A stretch of 64,000 bases of DNA, from assembly GCA_963676565.1 (NCBI GenBank), contig OY781089.1, positions 1,056,001 to 1,120,000 of the forward strand, read 5' to 3'. The stretch comes from Halarcobacter sp. (GTDB lineage: Bacteria > Campylobacterota > Campylobacteria > Campylobacterales > Arcobacteraceae). The position numbers and the translations under genes were made by a program. Shown here piece by piece: positions 43,015 to 53,169 of the stretch. A model generated the notes under the pieces. That model saw only the letters and a list, made by a program, of their open reading frames with translations, was not told where the DNA came from and made no database searches. Every line of letters begins with the position of its first letter. Positions within the stretch are counted from its first letter, which is position 1.

Positions 43015-44850
43015 CTCATCTGTTAATTCTTTCCCTTTTAAAAGTTCTTTTGTAAATATAACAGATTTATTTCTACCATTTTCTTTTGCATTATATAAAG
43101 CCATATCTGCAAATTTAAGACATTGCCAAAAATTGTTTGTATGAATAGGAAAAAGTGAAGCACCAATACTAATTGTTTTATTAAAAGAAGTATTAGCAAC
43201 AGGTATCTCTTTTTTAGAAAATGCAATTCTTATTTTTTCTGCAACTTCAAAAACAAACTTTTCATCACAATTATGAAGTAGCACAATAAACTCTTCACCA
43301 CCAAATCTAATTACGATATCTGATTCTCTAGTGTTTTCAATAAGTGTTTGAGAAACAATCTTAATTGCTTCATCTCCTACATCATGACCATAGGTATCAT
43401 TAATCATTTTGAAGAAATCTATATCAGCCATTAAAATTCCATAAGTTATATTAGCTCTTTTTGCTTGGGAAACAATAGTTTTTAAAGATTCTTCCAGATA
43501 TTTTCTATTATAAAGACCAGTTAAAGGATCTGTTCTTGCTGTTAGTTCAAGTTTATACATAAGTTTTTTACTAACAATTTCTGGTTTTGCAGTATCGATA
43601 TAATCTTGAACAGAAGGTAATAAATCTCTAACTCTTTGGTGCTCCTCTTCTGTATTACTAACAATAGAAACAATAAAATCTAAATCATTAGAGATAGAAT
43701 ATGGTATACAAATATGAAATTTTTTTGTTTCATAATTGAATTTATCACACATCTTATGAAATTGACAAGAATCAACTATTGTATTTGTTCTATCTGCTCT
43801 ACATCCATCTTGTGCATTGCAATGAATCTCTTTTTCAATATAAATAACATTAGTATTTTTATGGGTTGTATCTGCTTCAATAAAATTAAAATCTGTTAAT
43901 TTAAATTTTTCTCTTAAAATATAAGCTAGTCTTTCATAAACTTCATTTATATTTTCATCATGCTCTATGGTTTTTCTAAATCTATAAATGTCTGCAAGCC
44001 TATTTACTGTTATTTTTACATCTACTAAAGGATCAGTTCGTTTTCTTTTTTGGTGAACTAAAAATACATTAATTTTATGTTCAATATCTTCTAATGTAGT
44101 TTGAAGTTTTTCTAATAAGCCATCAATCCAATTTGCTACTTCATCACTTTCTTTTCCATTGGTTATACCAATTCTATCTGAGTAATCCCCAATTTGAGCT
44201 TTTTTCATAACTCTATTAATTGATTCAAAAAGAGTTAAGAAAGGTGAAATTAATTTATTAACAAATATCAAAATAAAAATTATTAGAACAAGGGCAATGA
44301 CAGTTGTATTTGTAAGGGTTGTTATACCTACTTCTTTTAAATCATCAACTGACATGGAAATAGTAATTGCACCTAAAGTATCACCTGTTTTTGCTGTTGT
44401 ATGACAAGATAAACAATCAATACTTCCATCTGAGGTTCCAATATATGGAATAGTTATTCTATAAGTACTTTTTCCAAAGATTTTTTCTTCAACAACTGCT
44501 TTTTCTTTACCAGTTTTTAGAACTTCTTCATCTATTTTATCCCGTGCAACTTCATTATTATAACCTTTCCCAAATTGTTCAATCACAGCAGGAGCTCTTG
44601 ATAACCAGATATTATCAATATTTTCAAGTTTCTCAATTTGCTCTAAAAATAAACCTCTGTTGTCAATGACCCCATTAACCATATGGGAAGTTAAACTGTG
44701 TTTTACAGTTTGGGCAATAGCCTTTGCTTTGTTCTCAACAGTTTGTATTCCATACTCCCTAAAATTAATAAGGATATTAAGTATAAGAATAATAAACATC
44801 GCAGACATTACTAGTAGTAAAGACAAAGATATTTTTCTTTTTGAATTCAT
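43009..44850 (-). CDS. Membrane diguanylate cyclase with periplasmic CXXCH sensor, HAMP-like linker, Cys-rich GAF-like region and GGDEF domain
   Basis: Two TM helices flank CLSCH; DPLTGLYNR, RESD I-site and GGEEF. Confidence 0.9.
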   Translation of the reverse strand: MNSKRKISLSLLLVMSAMFIILILNILINFREYGIQTVENKAKAIAQTVKHSLTSHMVNGVIDNRGLFLEQIEKLENIDNIWLSRAPAVIEQFGKGYNNEVARDKIDEEVLKTGKEKAVVEEKIFGKSTYRITIPYIGTSDGSIDCLSCHTTAKTGDTLGAITISMSVDDLKEVGITTLTNTTVIALVLIIFILIFVNKLISPFLTLFESINRVMKKAQIGDYSDRIGITNGKESDEVANWIDGLLEKLQTTLEDIEHKINVFLVHQKRKRTDPLVDVKITVNRLADIYRFRKTIEHDENINEVYERLAYILREKFKLTDFNFIEADTTHKNTNVIYIEKEIHCNAQDGCRADRTNTIVDSCQFHKMCDKFNYETKKFHICIPYSISNDLDFIVSIVSNTEEEHQRVRDLLPSVQDYIDTAKPEIVSKKLMYKLELTARTDPLTGLYNRKYLEESLKTIVSQAKRANITYGILMADIDFFKMINDTYGHDVGDEAIKIVSQTLIENTRESDIVIRFGGEEFIVLLHNCDEKFVFEVAEKIRIAFSKKEIPVANTSFNKTISIGASLFPIHTNNFWQCLKFADMALYNAKENGRNKSVIFTKELLKGKELTDEY

Positions 44851-44982
44851 ATTGCCCCTTTTGAAAAAATAAATAAAATTGTAACACTTATATTCTTAAA
44901 AAAATTATTTAGTTTGATATATAAACATAAATTAAGCAAAAAAGTTATTTTTTGCTTAATTAAAATTATTGTACAATCACAT

Positions 44983-47724
44983 ATGAAAAAATTTTTGGCA
45001 TTAAAAGCTAGTGCAGGAAGTGGTAAAACATTTGCCTTAACTGTTAGATATATAACCTTACTTTTAAAAGGTGCAAAACCAAAAGAGATACTAACCCTTA
45101 CATTTACAAATAAAGCTGCAAATGAAATGAGTGAAAGAATCTTCAAAACCTTGCAAAATTTGGGAGAAGATAAAGCTTATTTAGAACAGATAATAAAAAA
45201 CTCTGGCTTTAGCAAAGAAAAAATCTTAGAAAAAAAAGAAAAAATCCTTGATGATTTTACAAATGCTTCCTTATCTATTTTCACAATTGATAAATTTGTG
45301 AATAAAATCTTAAGAGAGTTTTGTGGATATTTAGGGATAAGTGATGATTTTGAGATAAAAGAGGATGATATTGAAAACTTAAGTGCTAAGTTTTTAGAAT
45401 CACTTTCTTTAGATGATTTTGATAAATTAATCGATTTTCAACTTTATGAGAAAAAGAAATATTCCTCTTTATTTGATGTTTTTAATGAACTGTTTGAAAA
45501 GAATGAGACTTTTAAACCTTTAAATATTGATGCAAGTTTAATAAATGTTCAAAAAGAACAGTGTATGAAATTTGCTTTTCAAGTAAAAGAACATATTTTA
45601 AATTGTCCAAGTGCTTCAAATAGTGCAATAAAAGCTGTAGATTTTGAAAATTTTGATGAGTTTATTGCAAAATCATGGATTACAAAAAATAGTGCAAGTG
45701 AATATAGCTATTTTAAAAAATGTTCAAACGAACATCTTGAAAATATATTTATAAACTTAAAAAATGAAGTTGAAGTTTACTATAAAATTAGAGCGGGATT
45801 TTCTTTAAGTAGATTATTTCATTTATTTAATTTGTTTAAAGAATATAAAACAAAATACAATAGGGCAAAAAACTATTTACACTTCAATGATATTTCAAAT
45901 TTGGTATATGAGTTATTAAGTACAAGAATTGATAAAGAGTTTTTATATTTTCGATTAGATTCGAAGTTTTCTCATATATTAATTGATGAGTTTCAAGATA
46001 CTTCTTTACTTCAATATAAAATTTTAGAACCATTAATTAAAGAGATTTTAGCAGGGGATAATAGCTTTAAAACTTTTTTTTATGTTGGAGACACCAAACA
46101 ATCTATTTATAGATTTAGAGGTGGTAAAAGAGAACTTTTTGATTATGTACTAAAAACAAACACTCTAGTTGATGTTGAGATTTTAAATACAAACTTTAGG
46201 TCTTGTGAAAATGTAGTAAATTATGTAAATAATTCCTTCTCAAATTTAGCAAATTATGAATATCATGACCAAAATGCAATCCATAAAGGTGGGTATGTAG
46301 AAGTTTTCGAAGATGAACTTTTAGCAAATAAAGAGAAAAAAGAACAAGAGTTTGAAAATATTGCAAAAAAAATATCACAACTGATGCAAAGTGGAGTTAA
46401 TAGTAATGATATTGCAATATTAACTTATACAAATGAAGATGTATTAAATATATACTCTTATTTAAAAAAGATGTTTCCAAGTTTAAAAATATCAACTGAA
46501 ATGACCTCAAAATTAATAAATCAAGAAAATGTAAAAGCTGTAATAAATGCTATTAAATATTTTTATTTCAAAGAGGATTTATATAAAGAAAATCTTAATG
46601 CAATCATAGGAAATGAGCCAAATACAAGTTTTGATTTTGATGTAGATATAAAAAAGCAAAGTGTGCAAGAGATTATTTTACAAACAGCAGATTTATTAAA
46701 ATTAACTGATGACAATGTTATTAAATTAATAGAAGAGTGTAGCAAGTTTAAAAACATAGTTGATTTTATTTATGAGATAGATAAAATGGAAACTTCAATT
46801 GAAAATTCAGAACAAATTGGTCTTCAAATTCTAACTATTTTTAAATCAAAAGGTTTAGAGTTTCATACTGTTTTACTTCTTGATAGAATTAAACAAAAAA
46901 ATGCAGATAGAAACTCTTTGTTATTTGAATATGATGATGTTCATTTAAAAAATATCTATTATAAAATTTCAAATATTGAGAGTTTTAATGATGAGTATAA
47001 AAAAGCACAAGAGAAAGAAAAAGCTTTAGCAAAAGAGGATGAATTAAACATTTTATATGTTGCCATGACAAGAGCTAGAAAAAATATGATAATTTTTAAA
47101 AAGCAGAAAAAATCTGTATTTGATCTATTGTCATCAAATAAGTGTGTTATTGGCGAGATAAGTAAAAGCGATGAAAACAGTATTAACTATGAAAAAGCAA
47201 ATAAGGTTATTTATAAACCACTTGATTTAGGAACACAGGAAAAACCTGTATCAAAAGAAAATGAAAAAGAATACTCTTTGTATTCTAGGTATTTTGGAAT
47301 TGCAACTCACTATTGTCTTGAGATGATGAATCAATTTAATGAAAGCTCTTTAGATTACTCTATATCTTTAGTTAAAAATAGATTTTCTAGTTATTTACAC
47401 AATAACGATTTTGAAAATATTAAAAAAAGAGTAAATAAATTAATTGAAAATAAAACCTTTAAAACTTTGGTTGAAAATGCAATATTTAATAAAGAACAAT
47501 CACTTTTATATAATGGGGAATTGAAAATTATCGATCTTCTTGCAATCAAAGATGGAAAGTATTATATCTTCGATTATAAAACTACCAAAGAGGAGTTAGA
47601 AGAGCATAAACTTCAAGTAAATCACTATAAAAAAGCAATTAGTAAAATTGAAAATAGTGATGAGGTTTATGCCTTTATAATCTATTTAAATGAAGATGAA
47701 GCAAAACTTGTGGAACTTAAATAA
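44983..47724 (+). CDS. addA: AddA/RecB-like helicase-nuclease (ATG 44983)
   Basis: ASAGSGKT, TFTNKAA, IDEFQDT, GDTKQSIYRFRG, YVAMTRA and C-terminal IFDYKT. Confidence 0.92.
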   Translation: MKKFLALKASAGSGKTFALTVRYITLLLKGAKPKEILTLTFTNKAANEMSERIFKTLQNLGEDKAYLEQIIKNSGFSKEKILEKKEKILDDFTNASLSIFTIDKFVNKILREFCGYLGISDDFEIKEDDIENLSAKFLESLSLDDFDKLIDFQLYEKKKYSSLFDVFNELFEKNETFKPLNIDASLINVQKEQCMKFAFQVKEHILNCPSASNSAIKAVDFENFDEFIAKSWITKNSASEYSYFKKCSNEHLENIFINLKNEVEVYYKIRAGFSLSRLFHLFNLFKEYKTKYNRAKNYLHFNDISNLVYELLSTRIDKEFLYFRLDSKFSHILIDEFQDTSLLQYKILEPLIKEILAGDNSFKTFFYVGDTKQSIYRFRGGKRELFDYVLKTNTLVDVEILNTNFRSCENVVNYVNNSFSNLANYEYHDQNAIHKGGYVEVFEDELLANKEKKEQEFENIAKKISQLMQSGVNSNDIAILTYTNEDVLNIYSYLKKMFPSLKISTEMTSKLINQENVKAVINAIKYFYFKEDLYKENLNAIIGNEPNTSFDFDVDIKKQSVQEIILQTADLLKLTDDNVIKLIEECSKFKNIVDFIYEIDKMETSIENSEQIGLQILTIFKSKGLEFHTVLLLDRIKQKNADRNSLLFEYDDVHLKNIYYKISNIESFNDEYKKAQEKEKALAKEDELNILYVAMTRARKNMIIFKKQKKSVFDLLSSNKCVIGEISKSDENSINYEKANKVIYKPLDLGTQEKPVSKENEKEYSLYSRYFGIATHYCLEMMNQFNESSLDYSISLVKNRFSSYLHNNDFENIKKRVNKLIENKTFKTLVENAIFNKEQSLLYNGELKIIDLLAIKDGKYYIFDYKTTKEELEEHKLQVNHYKKAISKIENSDEVYAFIIYLNEDEAKLVELK

Positions 47725-48283
47725 AATATCTAATTGATGCAAAACCAAAGGCATCAGTTTTTTTTATTTGTTCAACTTGTTCATTGGTTATAATACCACC
47801 TAAAGCTATAATATCAAGGTCTTCAAATACTTGTACTGTTTCTCTTAATTTTGTTAATCCCTTTGGTTCACCTTTATTTGGTGTTTCAAAAATAGGAGAA
47901 TATGTAATAGCATTAACATGATATTTTAAAGCCTCTTCTATATCTTTATAATTGTGGCAAGAGATTATAATATACAAGTCTAATTTTTTTGCTTCTTTAA
48001 TTTTATCAAATTGTGTTGATTTAAGATGAACTCCATTTGCACCTAGTTTAGATGCTAATTCAAAATCAGAATTTATTAATATCTTTTCAATATTGTTTCT
48101 TTTACAAACAGTTATAAAACTTTTTGCTAACTCTTCAAAGTTTGAAGATTCATTATCTCTAAAACAAGCAATATCAACTTTTTTTGAGCTTAAAACCTCT
48201 TGTAGTTTTTTCTCAAATGTATCTTTTTTATTTGAGTAATATTTTGGATCAGTTATTAAATAACTAATCAAGTCATTGTTCAT
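47717..48283 (-). CDS. Thiamine-phosphate synthase / TenI family protein
   Basis: YLITD, GVHL, SCH, SPIFETPNK and IALGGI motifs. Confidence 0.85.
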   Translation of the reverse strand: MNNDLISYLITDPKYYSNKKDTFEKKLQEVLSSKKVDIACFRDNESSNFEELAKSFITVCKRNNIEKILINSDFELASKLGANGVHLKSTQFDKIKEAKKLDLYIIISCHNYKDIEEALKYHVNAITYSPIFETPNKGEPKGLTKLRETVQVFEDLDIIALGGIITNEQVEQIKKTDAFGFASIRYFI

Positions 48284-48346
48284 TTATCTTTTTTCCTAAT
48301 AATATATTTCAATGATTTTATAATAGATTATATTAAAATTTAGGCA

Positions 48347-48384
48347 TAAAAAAAGGGAAAGAATAAAAAATTCTTTCCCTTTTA
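48347..48384 (-). terminator. Intrinsic terminator after atpB
   Basis: aaaagggaaagaat...attctttccctttt. Confidence 0.85.
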
Positions 48385-48407
48385 TTTTAAAAGCTTTATA
48401 AGTTTTT

Positions 48408-49094
48408 TTAGTGGTGGTCTTCTTCAGCCATCATAACTGAACCAGCAATATAAACATAAGTTAAAATTGCAAAAATAAATGCTTGTAAGAATCCAAATGC
48501 AGCAAGCATAAAGAAACCAGCCATAGGTACAATCCATGGAACTAACATTAATAAAACCATAGTAAACATATCATCCCCTCTAATTGAACCAAAAAGTCTG
48601 AATGATAAAGAGATGATTCTTGATAAGTGAGAAATGATTTCGATTGGGAACATTAATGGAGCTAATATTGGCATAGGTCCAGCAAAATGTTTGAAGTAGT
48701 TAACGAAACCGTTCATTTTAATACCAACATAGTTATAGTAAACAAAAACAATAAGTGCTAAACTTAGTGTGAAGTTAATGTTTGCTGTAGGAGATTCAAA
48801 ACCTGGGATAATACCAAGCATATTACTAAAGAAAATTACTAAAGCTAATGAACCAATTAATGGTAAATATCTTCTTGCATTTTCTTCCCCCATTGTATCT
48901 GCACCCATAGAGATGATTCCACCAATAAATGTTTCCATTGCATTTTGTGAACCAGTTGGTACTAGTTGCATCTTTCTAGTTGCAGCTCTAGATAATAACA
49001 TAACAATCCCTACCACTATAACAAAGTGTGATAAGATAATCCATACTTGGTCATGGCTAATAATTCCCAAGAATGTAAACAGTCTTCCTTCCAT
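48408..49094 (-). CDS. atpB: F0F1 ATP synthase subunit a (stand-alone)
   Basis: SLSFRLFG, PTANINFTL and LQAFIFAILT motifs. Confidence 0.96.
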   Translation of the reverse strand: MEGRLFTFLGIISHDQVWIILSHFVIVVGIVMLLSRAATRKMQLVPTGSQNAMETFIGGIISMGADTMGEENARRYLPLIGSLALVIFFSNMLGIIPGFESPTANINFTLSLALIVFVYYNYVGIKMNGFVNYFKHFAGPMPILAPLMFPIEIISHLSRIISLSFRLFGSIRGDDMFTMVLLMLVPWIVPMAGFFMLAAFGFLQAFIFAILTYVYIAGSVMMAEEDHH

Positions 49095-49186
49095 TGTCTT
49101 CCTTTTTTAAATCTTTTCTTTGACTAAAATATACCGCACATTATATATTTTGTTTACTAAATTTTTAATAAATGCAAAAAATCTTT

Positions 49187-50392
49187 TTATATTTGTTTAA
49201 ATCTATAACCATTTTGTTTCAATTTTTCACGTATTAATTTTTGGTGTTCCTCACCTTTTGTTTCTAAGGCAATTGTAATTTGAGCCTCCCCAAATTCAAG
49301 TTTTATAGAGTCTCTATCATAATCTATTTGAACAATATTTGCTGAACATTCTTTAAAAATTTCGGTTAATCTAGTTAATGATCCTGGTTTATCAATTAAT
49401 TTGATAATCAAGTTCATTTTTCTATTTGATTTAACTAATCCTTTCTCAATAATTTGAGCAAGCATAGTTACATCAATATTTCCACCACTTACTATTGCAC
49501 AAACTTTTGAGTCTTCAAGTTCAATCTTCTCATGCATTATTGCAGCTGTTGCAACTGCACCAGCACCTTCTACAACAAGTTTATGCTTCTCAAGTAAAAA
49601 TAAAATAGCATTTGCAATCTCATTGTCACTTACTTCAACAATATCATCAACATAATCAATAATTATATCTAGAAGTTTTGGTGTTACATCCCTTACAGCA
49701 ATCCCATCAGCAATAGTTCTAACTGAAGTTGAATCAATTGGCATTTGTGAACGATAAGATTCTTTCATAGCCGCAGCTCCACTTGCAACTACACCAATAA
49801 TTTTTATATCTGGGTTTATTGATTTTGCAGCTATTGCAATACCTGAGATTAAACCACCTCCACCAATTGGAACAATAATTTGTTTTAAATCTTTTATCTC
49901 TTCTAAAACTTCTAAGGCAATTGTCCCTTGTCCTGCTATAACATCATCATCAGCAAAAGGGTGAATAAATTCACAATCATTTTCTTCAGCAAATTTATAT
50001 GCAGCTTCTTTAGCTTCATCAAAATTTTCACCTACTAAAACAACATTTGCACCATAAGATTTTACACCACTAACTTTTGTTAAAGGGGTTGCCTCTGGCA
50101 TAAAAATAGTTGCTTCAATATCAAAATATTTTGCAGCAAATGCTAAACCTTGAGCATGGTTTCCTGCACTTGCGGCAACTACACCCTTTTTCTTTTTATC
50201 TTCATTTAGTTTTGCAATTCTATTAAAAGCACCTCTTAATTTAAAACTTCCTGTTAGTTGAAGGTTGTCTTTTTTTAAATAGATTTCACTTCTAAAGGTT
50301 TCACTTAGAATTGGAGCTTTTGTAATTGGGGTATTATTAGCTACATTTTCTAAATTTTTCTTTGCTTCTTTTACATCATTTAAAGTAATCAT
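49187..50392 (-). CDS. ilvA: Threonine ammonia-lyase with ACT domain (start 50392 or 50407)
   Basis: GSFKLRGA, SAGNHAQG, GGGGL and SGGN motifs. Confidence 0.95.
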   Translation of the reverse strand: MITLNDVKEAKKNLENVANNTPITKAPILSETFRSEIYLKKDNLQLTGSFKLRGAFNRIAKLNEDKKKKGVVAASAGNHAQGLAFAAKYFDIEATIFMPEATPLTKVSGVKSYGANVVLVGENFDEAKEAAYKFAEENDCEFIHPFADDDVIAGQGTIALEVLEEIKDLKQIIVPIGGGGLISGIAIAAKSINPDIKIIGVVASGAAAMKESYRSQMPIDSTSVRTIADGIAVRDVTPKLLDIIIDYVDDIVEVSDNEIANAILFLLEKHKLVVEGAGAVATAAIMHEKIELEDSKVCAIVSGGNIDVTMLAQIIEKGLVKSNRKMNLIIKLIDKPGSLTRLTEIFKECSANIVQIDYDRDSIKLEFGEAQITIALETKGEEHQKLIREKLKQNGYRFKQI

Positions 50393-50425
50393 ATTTTTTC
50401 TTTTCATCTAAATTGTTTGGAATAA

Positions 50426-50496
50426 TATCTAAAAATAGTTTGTATTTCTTTGAATGGTTTTTTATAACAATTGAAAATACAAACTACTTTTAGATA
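50426..50496. repeat. 22-bp inverted repeat with one mismatch in the metE-ilvA spacer
   Basis: tatctaaaaatagtttgtattt (50426-50447) versus aaatacaaactacttttagata (50475-50496). Confidence 0.75.
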
Positions 50497-50507
50497 GGGA
50501 AGACTCC

Positions 50508-52787
50508 CTATCCATTTTCCTTTCTAATTTGATTTACTGCCTCAACCATGTTTATTAAACTTTGTTTAGTCTCTGGCCACTTTCTTGTTTTTAGTCCACA
50601 ATCTGGATTAATCCATAATTGCTCTTTTGGTAAAACTTCTAATAAAAGTTTTATTTGAGTTTTCATCTCCTCTACACTCGGAACTCTTGGTGAGTGAATA
50701 TCATAAACTCCAGGTCCAACTTCTTGTTTATATCCTACTTCTTTAAATATTTTAAGAAGTTCATTTCCACTTCTAGCAGTTTCTATTGATATAACATCTG
50801 CATCCATATCTTCAATAGTTTTTATAATATCATTGAATTGGCTATAACACATATGTGTATGAATTTGCGTTTTTTCATAGGCTGTACTAACTGATATTTT
50901 AAAATCTCTAACGGCCCATGATTCATAATCTTTTATTTTATTAGCCCTTAGAGGGTAACCCTCTTTAAAAGCAGCTTCATCAACTTGAATAATCTTGATT
51001 CCTTTTTTTTGTAGGTCATCAATCTCATCACTTAAGGCAACTGCAATTTGTTTTGATACATCACTTCTTTGGATATCATCTCTAACAAATGACCAGTTTA
51101 AAATAGTAACTGGTCCTGTTAGCATCCCTTTCATGATTTTAGAAGTTTGTTTTTGTGCATAAGTAATCCAATCAACTGTCATAGGTTTTGGTCTACTTAC
51201 ATCTCCATATATAAATGGTGGTTTTACACATCTACTACCATAAGATTGCACCCACCCATTTTGGGAAAATGCAAAACCATTTAATTGTTCACCAAAATAT
51301 TCAACCATGTCATTTCTTTCTGGTTCACCATGAACTAAAACTTCAAGGCCACACTCTTCTTGAAAAGCAATACAATAATCTATATATGTTTTCATATCTT
51401 TTTCATACTGTTCTTTTGATATGCAACCTTTTTTAAAGTCCCGTCTTGAATTTCTAATCTCAGGAGTTTGAGGGAAAGAACCAATTGTTGTTGTTGCTAA
51501 ATCTTCATATTTTAAAAGTTCTTTTTGAACTTTTATTCTTTCTTCAAACGTCCCTTGTCTTGAAGTGTTTTTAAACTCTTTAGTTCTTTTTTGTACATTT
51601 TTATCATTTATTCTTAATGAACTTCTTCTATTATGATTTGCATTGATATTCTTATCATAATATTTTAAATCTCCATTTTGTAAGCTTTCAATCCCTGTTG
51701 AAAAAATCTTTGATATTAATCTTAATTCTTGGAGCTTTTCACAAGCATAACTCAACCAAGATTTAATCTCTTCATCAAGTTTTTCTTCATATTTTAGTGT
51801 AAAAGGTGTATGTAGAAGGGAACAAGAAGTTGAGATGATAATGTTTTCTTTTTTTATTTTTTTATTAAACTCTCCCAATAAAAGAAGAGTTTTTTGAATA
51901 TCATTAACCCAAATATTTCTTCCATCTACAACCCCAGCAATTAGTTTTTTATCACTATTTGCAATTGCATCTAGAGATTTAAAGTTTTCCTTCCCATATA
52001 AAAAGTCTAAACCTAGAGCCCAAATAGGAGTATTTACCAAAATATTTGTAGCTTCATTTGAGTGCTCAAAATATGTTGTAACAATGATTTTAATATTTTG
52101 TGCAATATTTGCTAAGCAGTCGTATGTAGGTTTTATTAAACTTAATAGTTTTGAATCATTATCTTTTACAAAAATAGGTTCATCTATTTGTACAAAAATC
52201 TCATCATCTAATTTTGATATCTGCTCAATTAATTCTTTGTATATTGCTATAACTTTTGGATATAACTCAAAAACATCACCATTATCAATTCTTTTTGAAA
52301 GTCCTAAAAATGTTAATGGACCAATGATATTTATCTTTGTTTTTATCCCTAATTCTTTTGCTTCTTTGTACTCTTCAATTATTTTTTTAGCATTTAATTT
52401 ATATTCATCCTCCAAGCTTAATTCAGGAACTATATAATGATAATTTGTATTAAACCATTTAGTCATCTCCATAGCTACACTTTCATCATTTCCCCTAGCC
52501 ATAGCAAAATAAAGCTCTTCATCTTTTAAATCTTGAAATCTTTTAGGAATAGCATTTAACATAATACAAGTATCTAAGATATTGTCATATAGTGAAAAAT
52601 CGTTTGAACTGATAAATTTAATTCCTGCTTCTTTTTGATAGTTCCAGTGTCTTTTTTTAAGTTCACTTGCAACTTTTTTTACTTCATCAAATGAACAATT
52701 TTTTGTCCAAAAACTTTCTAGTACTTTTTTAAGCTCTCTTTGTTCTCCAATTCTTGGAAAACCAACTACGTATGAATTTACAGACAT
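50508..52787 (-). CDS. metE: Cobalamin-independent methionine synthase
   Basis: GFPRIG, KWFNTNYHY, TTIGSFPQ, HTHMCY and NPDCGLKTR motifs. Confidence 0.98.
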   Translation of the reverse strand: MSVNSYVVGFPRIGEQRELKKVLESFWTKNCSFDEVKKVASELKKRHWNYQKEAGIKFISSNDFSLYDNILDTCIMLNAIPKRFQDLKDEELYFAMARGNDESVAMEMTKWFNTNYHYIVPELSLEDEYKLNAKKIIEEYKEAKELGIKTKINIIGPLTFLGLSKRIDNGDVFELYPKVIAIYKELIEQISKLDDEIFVQIDEPIFVKDNDSKLLSLIKPTYDCLANIAQNIKIIVTTYFEHSNEATNILVNTPIWALGLDFLYGKENFKSLDAIANSDKKLIAGVVDGRNIWVNDIQKTLLLLGEFNKKIKKENIIISTSCSLLHTPFTLKYEEKLDEEIKSWLSYACEKLQELRLISKIFSTGIESLQNGDLKYYDKNINANHNRRSSLRINDKNVQKRTKEFKNTSRQGTFEERIKVQKELLKYEDLATTTIGSFPQTPEIRNSRRDFKKGCISKEQYEKDMKTYIDYCIAFQEECGLEVLVHGEPERNDMVEYFGEQLNGFAFSQNGWVQSYGSRCVKPPFIYGDVSRPKPMTVDWITYAQKQTSKIMKGMLTGPVTILNWSFVRDDIQRSDVSKQIAVALSDEIDDLQKKGIKIIQVDEAAFKEGYPLRANKIKDYESWAVRDFKISVSTAYEKTQIHTHMCYSQFNDIIKTIEDMDADVISIETARSGNELLKIFKEVGYKQEVGPGVYDIHSPRVPSVEEMKTQIKLLLEVLPKEQLWINPDCGLKTRKWPETKQSLINMVEAVNQIRKENG

Positions 52788-52846
52788 TAATATCCTTTAA
52801 TATTTTATTTTGATTTGTTTTATGTGTTAAATATTAAAGTTAATGT
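52784..52846 (-). promoter_or_regulatory. 18-bp hairpin pairing the leader-ORF stop region with the metE SD and AUG
   Basis: mRNA 5' ACAUUAA-CUUUAAUAUUU pairs with AAAUAUUAAAG-(GAUA bulge)-UUAAUGU. Confidence 0.7.
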
Positions 52847-53169
52847 GGTGGGTGTACTCCTGTTCGTCTAAATGCGAAACAAGTAGTATAATATGGACAT
52901 CTAGGGATAAATTTGAAAAGTAAGACTGTTAGTTTTGTTTTTAATTTAAACAGACAATCACAATGACAAGGTTTATTTGTAAGAATAGATGTAGTACAAA
53001 GAAGAAGCTCTGGTGGATCTTCATCTAATTCATCTATCTCTTTAGATAGTCTATATTGTAAAGTCTTTTTCGCAATAGTAACTTGAGATTCTAGTTTTAC
53101 TTGTACACTATGAGCTAAAATACTAACAAATGTAAAATATTTTTTTCCAAAACCTTTTGGTGACTTCAC
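52840..53169 (-). CDS. metE leader ORF (109 aa, putative regulatory uORF)
   Basis: Extended -10 TGCTATAAT (53211-53203) and SD aaagga 5 nt before GTG; ends RRTGVHPPH 52 nt before the metE ATG. Confidence 0.7.
   Translation of the reverse strand: MKSPKGFGKKYFTFVSILAHSVQVKLESQVTIAKKTLQYRLSKEIDELDEDPPELLLCTTSILTNKPCHCDCLFKLKTKLTVLLFKFIPRCPYYTTCFAFRRTGVHPPH

Noticed and set aside
44847..45146. 99-aa minus ORF and the 23-aa N-terminal extension of AddA from TTG 44914
   Set aside because: Both span the divergent promoter region. The helicase Walker A motif begins right after ATG 44983.
3..47724. addB and addA are about 44 kb apart
   Set aside because: Unlinked addA and addB are already known in this phylum (e.g. 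Helicobacter pylori).
48408..49094. atpB isolated from other atp genes
   Set aside because: Split atp operons are normal in this phylum.
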